A stretch of 62,817 nucleotides of DNA, counting the filler, from a candidate division TA06 bacterium SM23_40 (lineage in GTDB: Bacteria; LJUI01; SM1-40), in assembly GCA_001303705.1 (NCBI GenBank). It is 6 parts of 6 records of this genome, joined end to end, with 100 filler letters (N's around TTAATTAATTAA, not from the genome) between each part and the next. Parts side by side here need not be neighbours in the genome. Positions count along the whole stretch, not along the records: positions 1 to 11,596 come from LJUI01000102.1; positions 11,697 to 25,301 come from LJUI01000103.1; 4 more parts are not named here. The stretch is one strand, 5' to 3'. The notes under the pieces were generated by a model. The model worked only from the letters and a program-made list of their open reading frames with translations, did not search any database and was not told the DNA's origin. The first letter of the stretch is position 1. Every line of letters begins with the position of its first letter. Of the stretch, positions 8,671-19,447 are shown in pieces. Position numbers and translations under genes: made by a program.

Positions 8671-10352
8671 ATGGAACGTATGGCAGAGTGGCAGGAGCAG
8701 ATCAGACGTCTCGTAGGAGGCAGGAAGACCTACGTCGGGCTCGACATAGGGACACAGGCGGTCAAGGTCGTCGAGGTGGCCCTGGACCGGGATCAGCTCG
8801 TCGTTTCTCGGCTGGGAAGTGCGCCGATTGCGGGCTGGGCCTCTGCGGGCGGCCCAATCTGAGCGGAGCGTTCGTGGTGTCGCGTTCGCTCAGCGTTCCT
8901 TCGCTGGCACGGGGAGCGATCGATCAGATACTCTCAACCGACGCGCTCGCCTACCTGCCCCCGGGGGTGGGAGGCAAGGATGTCGTCGTCGACTACCAGG
9001 TGATTGGAGAAACGCAGGCGAGGGGGAAGGGAAAGGGTGTGGCCCAAGTCCTGATCGTTGCTGCGCGGAAGGATGCGATCCACGAACATGTCGACCTCCT
9101 GAGGCAGGCCGGGTTGCTGGCGCGACGGATCGACGCGAACTGCCTTTCTCTGCTCGAGGCGTTCCAGGGGCACCGGTGGCTTACTGAGGGGAGGGCGACG
9201 GCGATCCTCGATGTGGGGGCGAGCAGCACCAAAGTCGTCGTGGTTGAACGCGGCGCGGTGAGGCTCTCTTCCGAGCTCACGTTCGGAGGTGTGCAGGTAA
9301 CGCAGGCGCTTGCCTCCAGGTATGATCTGGACGAGGAGGGGGCTGAGGCTCTGAAGCTAGAGGTATCCCGGGCCGGTGAAGAGACCGAATCCGTGGAGGT
9401 CGACGGCAGGGCCTACTCTGTGGCAGAACTGCGGGAGACGCTGGAAAGCCTGTACGAGGCGCTTATTGGTTCGCTGCGACGTCTGTTCGATTTCTATCAG
9501 CGGACTGAGTTTGCTGGTAGTTCTGTCGATAGTCTGATTCTGGCTGGAGGTGGGGCTCGGGCGTTCGGGCTCCAGCCGTTCCTGGCGGCAAAGATGCTGC
9601 TCGATGTCGAGGTGGGCAACCCCTTCGGTCGCCTGCCCTTTCGTCTCTCCGGCCCGGCACTGGTGGATCTGGACGAGGCTTCGCCGAGATATGCGCTGGC
9701 GCTCGGTCTCGCACTCAAGGGCATGGCTCCGCGTGAGGGCGCGGTCGACCTGCTTCCGCTCTCTGTACGCGATGACCAGACGAGAGTTCGTCAGGGGCGA
9801 CGCGCGCGGAGAGTTGCCCTCGTCTACTTTGGTGTGCTGGCTCTCGTCGCCGCTCTCCTCGCCGAAGGGCGGCACTACTTCCGTGCTCAGGCCGATTATG
9901 CTCGAGAGCAGACGGCTGTGCTCAGGCCTCTGGTCGAGGAAGCGACGAGACTGGAGGAGGAGAACGTCCGCCTGCGCGACAAACTCGCTCTGCTGGAAGG
10001 TCTGGGCGGCGGGAGACTCATCTGGGCCAAGGCACTTCACGATATCGGAAGCCTCGTCCCCGACGGTGTGTGGCTTACGGACATCTCCTCTGAAGAGAGA
10101 CTCAGGGTACGGCGGCGGGAAGCCGAGGAGGCCTCGAGCGCTGAGCCGGGGCGCACGGTCACCAGCCTGACCATGTTGACTGTCGAAGGGAGGGGATCGT
10201 CGGAGAGCGATGTTTCGCGTTTCCTCAGAGCTCTCGAGACATCCCCCGCGATGACGAATGTGAGGCTCGACTACGTCAGGGAGATCGAAGATGAGGGAAG
10301 ATACGCGGCTCAGGGGGTCGAGTTCCAGATCAGGCTTGCATTCACACCATAA
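8671..10352 (+). pseudogene. pilM: PilM-PilN fusion, frameshifted near 8830-8860 (pseudogene or assembly error)
   Basis: VGLDIGTQAVKVVE in one frame (stop 8860-8862); rest of PilM (ILDVGASST, LILAGGGA, YALALGLALK) and PilN (TM, VPDGVWLTDIS, VSRFLRALETSP) in another frame. Confidence 0.75.
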
Positions 10353-10407
10353 TGATGGCCGCCGCAATTCCGGTCGGCTCGTTCGTCTTCGCAGGAGACG
10401 CGGGTGC

Positions 10408-11596
10408 ATGACGCTCGCGTCTCTTGTCTATCTGTGCCTCGTGGTGACTGTGAGCTTGCCCGGAGTCAGCGGCCGGGCGTGTGCCGCGGAGAGCGCCGCC
10501 TCCGCCCTCGGGACTGCCTCCGACGATAGTACGATTCCTGTACCCTCTCCTGTTGGGGAGGAGGCGTTGGTGGAGGCGCTACGTGGCCTGAAGATGACGC
10601 CGGATGACGTTCACTTCAGGCTCGACTATGCCGATCCAGAACCATTCCGTCTTGCCCTCATCGATGAGCTGCTCGATACTCCCCTCGATGCGGGCGAGCT
10701 GAGCTACGAGATCGCGAGAGGCCTCTCCTGGAGCGAAGAAGCGAGCATCGAGTCATTTGTGGTGAACGCTGCCGGGCTGCTCGATGTCGAACTCAGCCCT
10801 GTGGCAGATGGCCCGGCGATGGCTCAGGCCAGGGTGAAGCTGCCGCGAGGGCTGCCCGCTCCGCTCCGTTCGCCGGTGGCCCGGCTCATCGCGGCCATGG
10901 AGACGGCGTCGGCTGAAGTGGGCGACGCGTTCCGCGAGTTCACCCCCTCCGAATTGGAGTTCCTGATAGCCCAGGCGCCGCGGATACTCGAGGAAGAGGC
11001 AGCGATCGAGGAAGAGAAGACACCGGAAGAGGAGTACGAGGAATGGGAGAGGGAGGAGGCGCTGGCAAAAGAACTACTCAGGCTCGCCGATCTTGTCGAT
11101 CGCGGGAGTCTGTACCGCGGGGCTGCGCGAGTTGCGAAGGCGCTCGACGAGTTGCGGGCCGCGGTGGAGGAAGGCGGCGCGGCCGACATGGCCGTTCCCG
11201 GGCGGCGTCGACCCGCGCATCGGGCGGATGATGGCGTGCAGGGCGATGTCCTCGGGGTCTGGGAGTCGTCGATCGGGCGGATCGTCATCGGAGGTCCTGG
11301 CAGGACCGTGTACACCGGCGACTGTGCCCTCATCGTCGACCTCGGAGGGGACGACAGATATGAGAATGCCGCGGCGGGTGCACGCTACCCGGATCTCCCC
11401 GTGGCGGCCGTCGTCGATCTGGGGGGCAATGATACCTACCTGTCGGACGCACCGGGAGCACAGGGCGGGGCCTATCTCGGGGTGGGCATGCTCATCGATA
11501 TGGCGGGAGACGACTCGTATCGGAGCGGCAATTACTCTCAAGGAGCGGGGCTGTTCGGCACGGGGGTACTCCTCGATCTCTCGGGACACGATACGT
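10408..11596 (+). CDS. secreted protein with D-x-x-G-x-D-x-Y repeats (3' truncated)
   Basis: Signal-like N-terminus; IVDLGGDDRY, VVDLGGNDTY, LIDMAGDDSY, LLDLSGHDT; runs into gap. Confidence 0.65.
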
Positions 11597-11696
11597 NNNN
11601 NNNNNNNNNNNNNNNNNNNNNNNNNNNNNNNNNNNNNNNNTTAATTAATTAANNNNNNNNNNNNNNNNNNNNNNNNNNNNNNNNNNNNNNNNNNNN
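11597..11696. other. artificial contig spacer
   Basis: N-run + TTAATTAATTAA (stops in six frames) + N-run, 100 nt. Confidence 0.98.
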
Positions 11697-11873
11697 GATC
11701 CGGACACGAGCCCGGATGGTGAGTGCCTCTTCGGTGAGGTGGAAGATTGGCAGGTGCACTACTTCGAAATTCAGGCAGGTCAGTGGATCAAGAAATAACG
11801 GACTAGGAAGAGACCGATTGTTATGCGTACACGGAACGATTTTAATCGCAAAAAAGCACAGAAAGGATTCGAA

Positions 11874-14800
11874 ATGTTTTCAAGAAGTAAGCTCTTTGGC
11901 TGTGCAGCGGTTCTCCTAGTCCTGCTAGTCTTGTTCCCAACGGTGCATTCGGTTGATGCTCAGGAAGAGCAGAAGGCAAAGATTGCACCGCAACTAGCAG
12001 CACAACTTACTGCTGCAAAGCCTGACGATTATGTAACGGCGATCGTGCGCATGCGCGACATGCCGAACGTACAGATGCTTCGCGGGGACCGGCTCGCGGT
12101 TTATAACGAGCTGCGTACCGTGTCGAAGCAAACACAGGCGGGCCTGGTGAGATACCTGGCAAGCGCTGAGATGCAGGGCAAAGTCGAGAAGATCCGGCAG
12201 TTCTGGATCGACAACATTGTCCTCGTTCGGGCAAAGCCGGAAGTCATCTCGGCACTCGCAGCACGGCCCGATGTAATGGAAGTATTCGAAAACTTCACGG
12301 TCACCTTGCCTCCGAGACCGGAGGGTGGCGACAGGCCGCAACTCGGTCAGAGCCAGAACCAGCTCTGGGATTCGATAACGAAGATCGGTGTCAAGCAGGT
12401 CTGGAGCACCTATGGCCTGGACGGTACCGGTGTCGTCATCGGTGGACTCGATACCGGTGTCGATATCACGCACCCCGACATCGCGGGCAAGATGATTACC
12501 AACAACCCGGCCGATCCTACCTACCCGGGTGGTTGGGCGGAGTTCGATGCGAACGGGAACATGATCGTTGGTTCTGTACCTCATGATTCCGATGAGCACG
12601 GAACGCATACGACTGGAACGATGATCGGCGGCAACGCCAGTGGTTGGGATATCGGTGTTGCTCCCGGCGCATCGCTCATGCATGCACTCGTCATCCCGGG
12701 TGGGAGCGGTACATTCGCCCAGGTGATTGGTGGCATGGAGTGGATCATAGATCCCGACGGTATCCCGGCAACAGATGATGGCGCCCGGGTCATCAACATG
12801 TCCCTCGGGGCGACGGGAACGTATACTGAGATGATCGCGCCTGTTGATAATATGATCGCGGCCAACGTGTTCCCGGCCATCGCGATCGGAAACAGCGGTC
12901 CTTCCCCGAATTCGACGTCAAGCCCCGGAAACGTGCCCAGCGCGTTCGGTGTCGGTATGACCGACAGTATGGATGTTATCGCAACCCTCTCGGGCCGCGG
13001 TCCGGTGACCTGGAATTACCCGCCCTATGTCGGAACGTACATAAAGCCGGACATCTCAGCACCCGGTGTCAAGATCTACTCATCGGTGCCCGGTAATGAT
13101 TGGCAGTGGACCAGTCCTCTCGGGGATTGGAGTGGTACCTCGATGGCCACACCGCATATGGCGGGGACAGCGGCCCTCATGTACCAGGCCAACCCAACAC
13201 TTTCCGTGGCAATCGCCAAGGATCTGGTTGCCCAGACTGCGATCGATCTCGGCGCTCCCGGAATGGACAACGATTACGGATGGGGACGCGTCAATGCGTT
13301 CGGAGCCGTCAGTGCGGCACTCGCCGGGGTCGGAACGGTGGAGGGTACGATTTACAGTTCAGCCGGTGGTACGGTAGAGAACGCGATGATCCTGCTCACC
13401 GATACCGGCCAGCGGGTTTACTCGGATGAGTTCGGCCACTACTCCCTCATGGCGGTCGCGGGGGATCATAACGTGGAGGTATCTCGTTTCGGTTACGAGA
13501 CCTACACCACGGCGGTCACCGTCATCGCTGACGAGACTGTCACGCTCGATGTGACCCTGACGCAGCTGCCGTCCGGCACGATCGCCGGATATGTGACCGA
13601 CGGTGAGAGTGGTGCGGGGATCGAAGCCAACATCACTATCAAGCTCGCCGGCGAGGCGGTTGTCTGGACATCGACCGATCCATCGACGGGTGAGTACAGT
13701 GCTGTCCTACCTATCGGCATGTACGATCTCGTGTTCGCACCGGTATTCCCCTATCCCGTTACGATCAGAACGAATGTCGAAGTCTATGAAGGTATGACGA
13801 CGACACTCGATGTCACCATCGAGGGCGCCCAGATACTGATCGTCGACGATGATAAGGGCCAGGCATTCGAAACGTACTATGAAGCGGCCGTAATAGGTGC
13901 GGGGAGGTCGTTTATTACCATCACGACACCTCCCACAGCAGCCGATATGGCTCCTTTCGAGACGGTCGTCTGGCTTACCGGAAACGACTGGTCGACCACG
14001 CTGACCACGGAAGATCAGGCGGAGATTGCCGCGTACCTCGACAGCGGCGGCCGGTTGTTCATATCGGGACAGGACATCGGTTACGATATCCGCACGGACG
14101 AATTCTACGCGAACTACCTCCATGCGACGTACGTGCAGGACGATGTCGGTCTCGGTGCCGTGATCGGTGATCCCGCGAGCCCTGTCGGTTACGGCTTCGC
14201 CTTTGAGATCCAGGGCGGAACGGGTGCCAATAACCAGGGGTATCCTTCCGAGATCGATCCGATCGTACCGGCGCTGCCCGCATTTCTCTACGATGAGTCC
14301 GTCCCCATGGGGACTGTGACGGGAAATGATCTGACGAAGGGGCAGGTCGAGACGAACAGTATCAACAGCTCGGGAACAGCCGCCTTGACATACGAAGGTG
14401 CCTACAAGCTGGTGTACTTCGCCTTCGGTTTCGAGGCAATTGCTGAGACAGAGACGAGGACACTCGTCATGGCCCGTATCCTCGACTGGCTCCTGGGGTA
14501 CCCGGAGATCGTCCATACGCCTCTCGGTGATACCGAGGATACAGAGAATCCGTATCGGGTAACAGCATTCATCACCTCTGATTACTTCACCCTCGACCCA
14601 GCGACCTTCGCCGTTGTCTACGACGTCGGCAGTGGTCCGGTCGTTCTGCCCATGTCTGCGACAGGCGTGCCCGATGAGTACGAGGCATACATCCCTGCGC
14701 AGGATATCGATACCGAGGTCTACTACTACATCACGGCGAGTGATGTGGAAGGACACACGAGTACCCATCCCATCGGTGCCCCGCTGAACATGCACATGTT

Positions 14801-17800
14801 CACGGTAGGTTGGGATGAGGAAGCTCCCATGGTCGCTCACTCCAGGCACTACAACACGAATGACCTGGAAGGTCCGTACCGCATCTATGCCGAGGTATCC
14901 GACAACATCGGCGTGGAGGCCGTCTACCTCATGTATTCGAGGAACGGGGGAATGCACCACCGTGTCAGGATGGAATACAATGATATGATGGGGAATGGCA
15001 TGTATCACGGTGAGATCCCTGGACCTTCCGAGGTCGGTGACATCTACGCTTACGATATCTATGCAATGGACGACTCGTACCACGGTAACGCCACCAGGGT
15101 GCCCGAGATGGGTGCCTTTATGTTCGAGATCGTCGAGTCCTTCTCGTGGGATTTCGAACTGGATAACGGCGGTTTCATGCAGACAGGGGACGTCTGGGAG
15201 TGGGGTGAGCCGACAACTGGTCCGGGAGAAGCCCATTCCGGCACCAATCTGTGGGCCACCGTTCTCGACGGTAACTACCCCAACTACGCCGATGCAACGC
15301 TCGACATCCCTGCGATCACACTCTCCGCGAGCAAGCCGTACGCGTTGCTCACGTTCTGGCACTGGTACTACATCGAGACGAACTACGACGGTGGGAACGT
15401 GAAGGTGTCGACTGACGGCGGAGCGACCTGGGAAGTCGTCGTCCCGATGGGTGGCTACGACGGGACGGCCCGGAGCGGAAACAGTGGTATTCCGGGCGAA
15501 GAGTGTTTCACCGGGTACAACAACGACTTCTGGCAGATGGAGCTCTTCGACCTCTCTGCCTACTCCGGCAGCCAGGTCATCGTTCGCTTCCACTTCGGCA
15601 GCGATAGCAGTGTGCCCAAGGTTGGATGGTATGTCGACGATGTCGAGCTGAGAAGTACAGATGTTGACGATATACCGCCTGTTATCAGCGATACAGAGAT
15701 ACCCACGAGCACCTTCGATACGGCAGGTCCGTACGAGGTTTCGACATACGTCGTGGACCCGCTGTCCGATGTTGCCGGTGTCTCCATCTTCTACAGTGTC
15801 GATGACGGCGCCACCTTCACAGAAGTGGCCATGGCACCCGGCACGGAGGAGAACCAGTGGGTAGGCTCGATTCCCGGCCAGCCGAATGGAACGAGGGTAA
15901 AGCTTTACCTCCGGGCGACGGATACCTCGTCCGGTGCGAACGAGGCTTTCGACCCGGCGGGAGCACCCGAGGATACCTACGAGTTTGCGATCCTCCCGTC
16001 CGCACCGATCCTCGTCATGCAGGCTACCAGCACGGCGAGCTCTCTCGAGATGTTCCGTGAGGCCCTCGAGGCCTACGGGCACGAGGCGGACTACTGGTAC
16101 AACCCCACTCAGGGTTGGCTGTCGCTCGATCAACTCGAGCTGTACAAAATCATCATTCTCGATGAAACGGGCAGCCTGCTTACCACCGAACAGTCCGATC
16201 TCGGTGCGTACCTCGATGGTGGTTCCATGGGTGCGAAGAGACATCTCTTCATCATGGGCCGCGACCTCGGCTATTATTCCTCAACCAGACCGTGGATAGA
16301 GGAGTATATGCGTGCCGCGTACGTCCAGGATAACCCCGGATGGCGCGAGCTGACCGGTTATCCCGGCGAATCTATCGGAGCTGGCGAAACCTTTGTGATT
16401 TCCGGCAGCTATCCGGACGAGGTGCAGCGTTCCACCACCTATCCCGGAGGCCAACTCGTGTACCAGTACACGGGAGAGGGTACTGCATCGTTCACGAGGG
16501 AGGAAATCGCCGGCGAGTATGAGAAGGACGAGAAGGAGTGGGACGGCATCATGCCATACGCTCCCAAGAGCCTCGATGCCGGTGCGGCGATCAAGTACAA
16601 CGGCGAGACGTACCGGTCCGTTTACTTCGCCTTCAACTTCTATTACATCCAAGAGCCCGACCGGCGAGCCGGCATCATGGACCGCGCCCTGGCATGGCTC
16701 TCGGCACCGGATATCTTGCACGAACCGCTGCACGATACGGAGGATATCGAAAATCCATACCCGGTGGTTGCAGAGGTCTACTCTGAGACACTCGACCCCA
16801 GCCGCGTCAACATGGTCTACGACGTGGGCATGGGTCCCGTGTCGGTTCAGATGTTGCCCACCGGCAATCCCAACGAGTATGCGGCCAATATTCCTCCGCA
16901 GAGTCACGGAACGACGGTCAGTTACTACATCAGCGCGACCAACTACGACGGAACGACGGGCTTCCACCCGGATGGTGCGCCTGATGTGCAGCACACCTTC
17001 GAGGTGACAACCGATATCACGCCGCCCGAGATCGTCCATATGCCCCTCGGCAATACGGCGAATCTCGCCGGTCCGTACGTGATAGAGGCCGTCATCACCG
17101 ATAACGTCGGTGTCGATCCGGCCGGTGTCTTCCTCACCTACAACAAGAACGGCGGATCGGACGTCACCGTGCCAATGGTCACATCAGGTGGCGACCTGTA
17201 CAGTGCCGAGATCCCAGGGCCGTCAGTGCTCGGCGATGTGTACAACTACTTCATCCGTGCCCGCGATGTCGCCGCCGTACCGAATACGGCGAGACACCCC
17301 GCGACCGGGTATCACTCCTTCGAGGTCGTCGATTACTACGCCTGGGATTTCGAGGCGAGTGACGGCGGCTTTGCCGCTACCGGTCCCGATTGGGAGTGGG
17401 GAGAGCCGACAACCGGTCCGGAAAATGCGTATTCCGGTGTTAATTTGTGGGCCACCAAGGTAGGTGACGACTACTCATACAGCTCGGATTCGAGGTTGGA
17501 GACTCCTGTGATCGGGGTTCCGACGGGTAGCACCTATGCAGCCCTGAGCTTCTGGCAGTGGTACTACATGCAGACTAACTACGACGGCGGGAACGTGAAG
17601 GTCTCCACTGACGGCGGCGCAACCTGGACGATCCTGACACCTGATATCGGATACAACGGTACAGCCTCCACAACCAACGCCGGTATCCCCGGCGAACCCT
17701 GCTTCACCGGCTACAACGGTGACGAATGGCACAAGGTGACGTTCAACCTGACACCGTACAAGGGCCAGAACGTCATTATCAGGTGGCATTTCGGCAGTAA

Positions 17801-19250
17801 CTCCTACACGAACTATGTCGGCTGGTACATCGACGATGTGAGGATCGAAGGTGTCGAGGACACCGAAGGCCCTGCGTTCGTTTCAACCGAGGTGCCCGGA
17901 AGCACGTTCGATACGGCGGGACCGTACACCGTGACGACCACGGTACTAGACGCTCTTTCGGGTATCGCTTCGGTGGACCTCTCCTACAGCACCGACAACG
18001 GTACGAGCTGGACCGTTGTGGCGATGACCCCGACCGGCAATCCGGACGAGTACAGTGGGGATATCCCGGGACAGGATTCCGGTGCCAGGATCAAGCTGTA
18101 CCTGGAGGCGACAGACAACGCCGCCAACAGCTCGACCGATCCTGCCGGTGCCCCGGCGATCACCTACGAGTTCGGCATCATGCCGTCGGGTGACTACCTG
18201 GTGCTCCTCGGTGGTGGTTCGCACACGTCACCCGAAGACTACCAGCTGGCCTTCTCTGCGATCGGCCGGACTGCGGATATCTGGGATTGGGACGATCTTG
18301 GATTGCCCACCGTCGAGATCATGCTCCTCTACGACGGTGTGGTCGTTGATGAGAGCTGGTACTTCGATTCATACCAGCAGGACTCCATCGGCAGTTTCCT
18401 TGACACCGACCGCGACGTCCTGAACCAGATCTTCTTCCTCGGAAGGGATCTCTCCTACGGTTCTTCGGCGCGTCCGTTCATGGAACAGTACACGGGAGCG
18501 GCCTACGTCCAGGATAATCCGGGATGGCGTGAGCTGACCAGTACGCCTGGCGATCCGATCGGTAACGATTCGACCTTCGTCATCCAGGGTAACTACCCGG
18601 ATGAGCTGAAGCTCTCGACATCGTACCCCGGCGCAAACATAGTCTACAGGTACAGCGCCCTCGGCTCGTCTCTCGAGCTCTTCGATACCGAGCAAGAGCT
18701 GAGAGAGTTCTACGAGGCGGAAGGGAAACCCTGGGATCCGAGGCTCTGGCCGATGGCTCCTCAGGGTCCCGACACGGCGGCCGCTGTACGCTACGTCGGC
18801 CCGCACCACGCGGCGGTCTACTTCGCGTTCAATCTCAACTACATCCAGGAGGATTGGCGGAGAGCGGGCATTCTCGACCGCGCCCTCAACTGGCTGTCGA
18901 TGGCGACAAGCGTCATTGGCAAAGAGGTCGCCGGTGGCGGTCTGGCGGAAACGCCGGAGATCCCGGACAAGCTGACCCTATGGCAGAACTATCCGAACCC
19001 GTTCAACCCGGTAACCACTGTACAGTTCGGTATACCGGCGAATGTGAAGGGTTCTGTGCAGCTCAGGATCTACAACGTCAAGGGTGAGCTGGTGAAGATA
19101 CTCTTCGAGGGCACCAAGGAGCCCGGCGTCCATACCTTCAAGTGGGATGGACGAAATGAGCACGGGCGCAAGGTGTCATCCGGTATCTACTTCTGCAGAT
19201 TTGTTGCAGGTGATGTCCGGATAACCAAGAAGATGGTGCTCTTGAGGTAG
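11874..19250 (+). CDS. large secreted S8 (subtilisin-like) serine peptidase with FlgD/T9SS-type C-terminal domain
   Basis: Signal peptide; catalytic LDTG, HGTHTTGT, GTSMATPH; C-terminal QNYPNPFNPVT...IYNVKGELV...WDGRNEHG..VSSGIYFCR...KKMVLLR. Confidence 0.93.
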   Translation: MFSRSKLFGCAAVLLVLLVLFPTVHSVDAQEEQKAKIAPQLAAQLTAAKPDDYVTAIVRMRDMPNVQMLRGDRLAVYNELRTVSKQTQAGLVRYLASAEMQGKVEKIRQFWIDNIVLVRAKPEVISALAARPDVMEVFENFTVTLPPRPEGGDRPQLGQSQNQLWDSITKIGVKQVWSTYGLDGTGVVIGGLDTGVDITHPDIAGKMITNNPADPTYPGGWAEFDANGNMIVGSVPHDSDEHGTHTTGTMIGGNASGWDIGVAPGASLMHALVIPGGSGTFAQVIGGMEWIIDPDGIPATDDGARVINMSLGATGTYTEMIAPVDNMIAANVFPAIAIGNSGPSPNSTSSPGNVPSAFGVGMTDSMDVIATLSGRGPVTWNYPPYVGTYIKPDISAPGVKIYSSVPGNDWQWTSPLGDWSGTSMATPHMAGTAALMYQANPTLSVAIAKDLVAQTAIDLGAPGMDNDYGWGRVNAFGAVSAALAGVGTVEGTIYSSAGGTVENAMILLTDTGQRVYSDEFGHYSLMAVAGDHNVEVSRFGYETYTTAVTVIADETVTLDVTLTQLPSGTIAGYVTDGESGAGIEANITIKLAGEAVVWTSTDPSTGEYSAVLPIGMYDLVFAPVFPYPVTIRTNVEVYEGMTTTLDVTIEGAQILIVDDDKGQAFETYYEAAVIGAGRSFITITTPPTAADMAPFETVVWLTGNDWSTTLTTEDQAEIAAYLDSGGRLFISGQDIGYDIRTDEFYANYLHATYVQDDVGLGAVIGDPASPVGYGFAFEIQGGTGANNQGYPSEIDPIVPALPAFLYDESVPMGTVTGNDLTKGQVETNSINSSGTAALTYEGAYKLVYFAFGFEAIAETETRTLVMARILDWLLGYPEIVHTPLGDTEDTENPYRVTAFITSDYFTLDPATFAVVYDVGSGPVVLPMSATGVPDEYEAYIPAQDIDTEVYYYITASDVEGHTSTHPIGAPLNMHMFTVGWDEEAPMVAHSRHYNTNDLEGPYRIYAEVSDNIGVEAVYLMYSRNGGMHHRVRMEYNDMMGNGMYHGEIPGPSEVGDIYAYDIYAMDDSYHGNATRVPEMGAFMFEIVESFSWDFELDNGGFMQTGDVWEWGEPTTGPGEAHSGTNLWATVLDGNYPNYADATLDIPAITLSASKPYALLTFWHWYYIETNYDGGNVKVSTDGGATWEVVVPMGGYDGTARSGNSGIPGEECFTGYNNDFWQMELFDLSAYSGSQVIVRFHFGSDSSVPKVGWYVDDVELRSTDVDDIPPVISDTEIPTSTFDTAGPYEVSTYVVDPLSDVAGVSIFYSVDDGATFTEVAMAPGTEENQWVGSIPGQPNGTRVKLYLRATDTSSGANEAFDPAGAPEDTYEFAILPSAPILVMQATSTASSLEMFREALEAYGHEADYWYNPTQGWLSLDQLELYKIIILDETGSLLTTEQSDLGAYLDGGSMGAKRHLFIMGRDLGYYSSTRPWIEEYMRAAYVQDNPGWRELTGYPGESIGAGETFVISGSYPDEVQRSTTYPGGQLVYQYTGEGTASFTREEIAGEYEKDEKEWDGIMPYAPKSLDAGAAIKYNGETYRSVYFAFNFYYIQEPDRRAGIMDRALAWLSAPDILHEPLHDTEDIENPYPVVAEVYSETLDPSRVNMVYDVGMGPVSVQMLPTGNPNEYAANIPPQSHGTTVSYYISATNYDGTTGFHPDGAPDVQHTFEVTTDITPPEIVHMPLGNTANLAGPYVIEAVITDNVGVDPAGVFLTYNKNGGSDVTVPMVTSGGDLYSAEIPGPSVLGDVYNYFIRARDVAAVPNTARHPATGYHSFEVVDYYAWDFEASDGGFAATGPDWEWGEPTTGPENAYSGVNLWATKVGDDYSYSSDSRLETPVIGVPTGSTYAALSFWQWYYMQTNYDGGNVKVSTDGGATWTILTPDIGYNGTASTTNAGIPGEPCFTGYNGDEWHKVTFNLTPYKGQNVIIRWHFGSNSYTNYVGWYIDDVRIEGVEDTEGPAFVSTEVPGSTFDTAGPYTVTTTVLDALSGIASVDLSYSTDNGTSWTVVAMTPTGNPDEYSGDIPGQDSGARIKLYLEATDNAANSSTDPAGAPAITYEFGIMPSGDYLVLLGGGSHTSPEDYQLAFSAIGRTADIWDWDDLGLPTVEIMLLYDGVVVDESWYFDSYQQDSIGSFLDTDRDVLNQIFFLGRDLSYGSSARPFMEQYTGAAYVQDNPGWRELTSTPGDPIGNDSTFVIQGNYPDELKLSTSYPGANIVYRYSALGSSLELFDTEQELREFYEAEGKPWDPRLWPMAPQGPDTAAAVRYVGPHHAAVYFAFNLNYIQEDWRRAGILDRALNWLSMATSVIGKEVAGGGLAETPEIPDKLTLWQNYPNPFNPVTTVQFGIPANVKGSVQLRIYNVKGELVKILFEGTKEPGVHTFKWDGRNEHGRKVSSGIYFCRFVAGDVRITKKMVLLR

Positions 19251-19262
19251 TGTGTTCAAGGA

Positions 19263-19298
19263 GGGGGCTTCCCGCTTTTCGGGGCGGGGAGCCCCTTT
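19263..19298 (+). terminator. intrinsic terminator after S8 gene
   Basis: GGGGCTTCCCGC / GCGGGGAGCCCC hairpin followed by TTT. Confidence 0.7.
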
Positions 19299-19447
19299 CA
19301 TATTCCCGACCTTTTTGTTATTATATTATTGTATTGAAACCGGCTTTCGTTGTTACGTAAGATGTTCATCGGTTAGACGAAGGCTTGAGATACGAGAAAC
19401 CACCAATCGTGGCTGATTGTGCGGTGATTGTGACGTGGAGGTGGAAG

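Noticed and set aside
8860-8862. TGA in pilM as a second recoded stop
   Set aside because: PilM similarity continues in a different frame, so this is a frameshift, not read-through
346-17039. Long antisense ORFs (346-2013, 9357-10409, 13707-16244, 16281-17039)
   Set aside because: Shadow frames of well-supported genes in GC-rich DNA; no recognisable motifs
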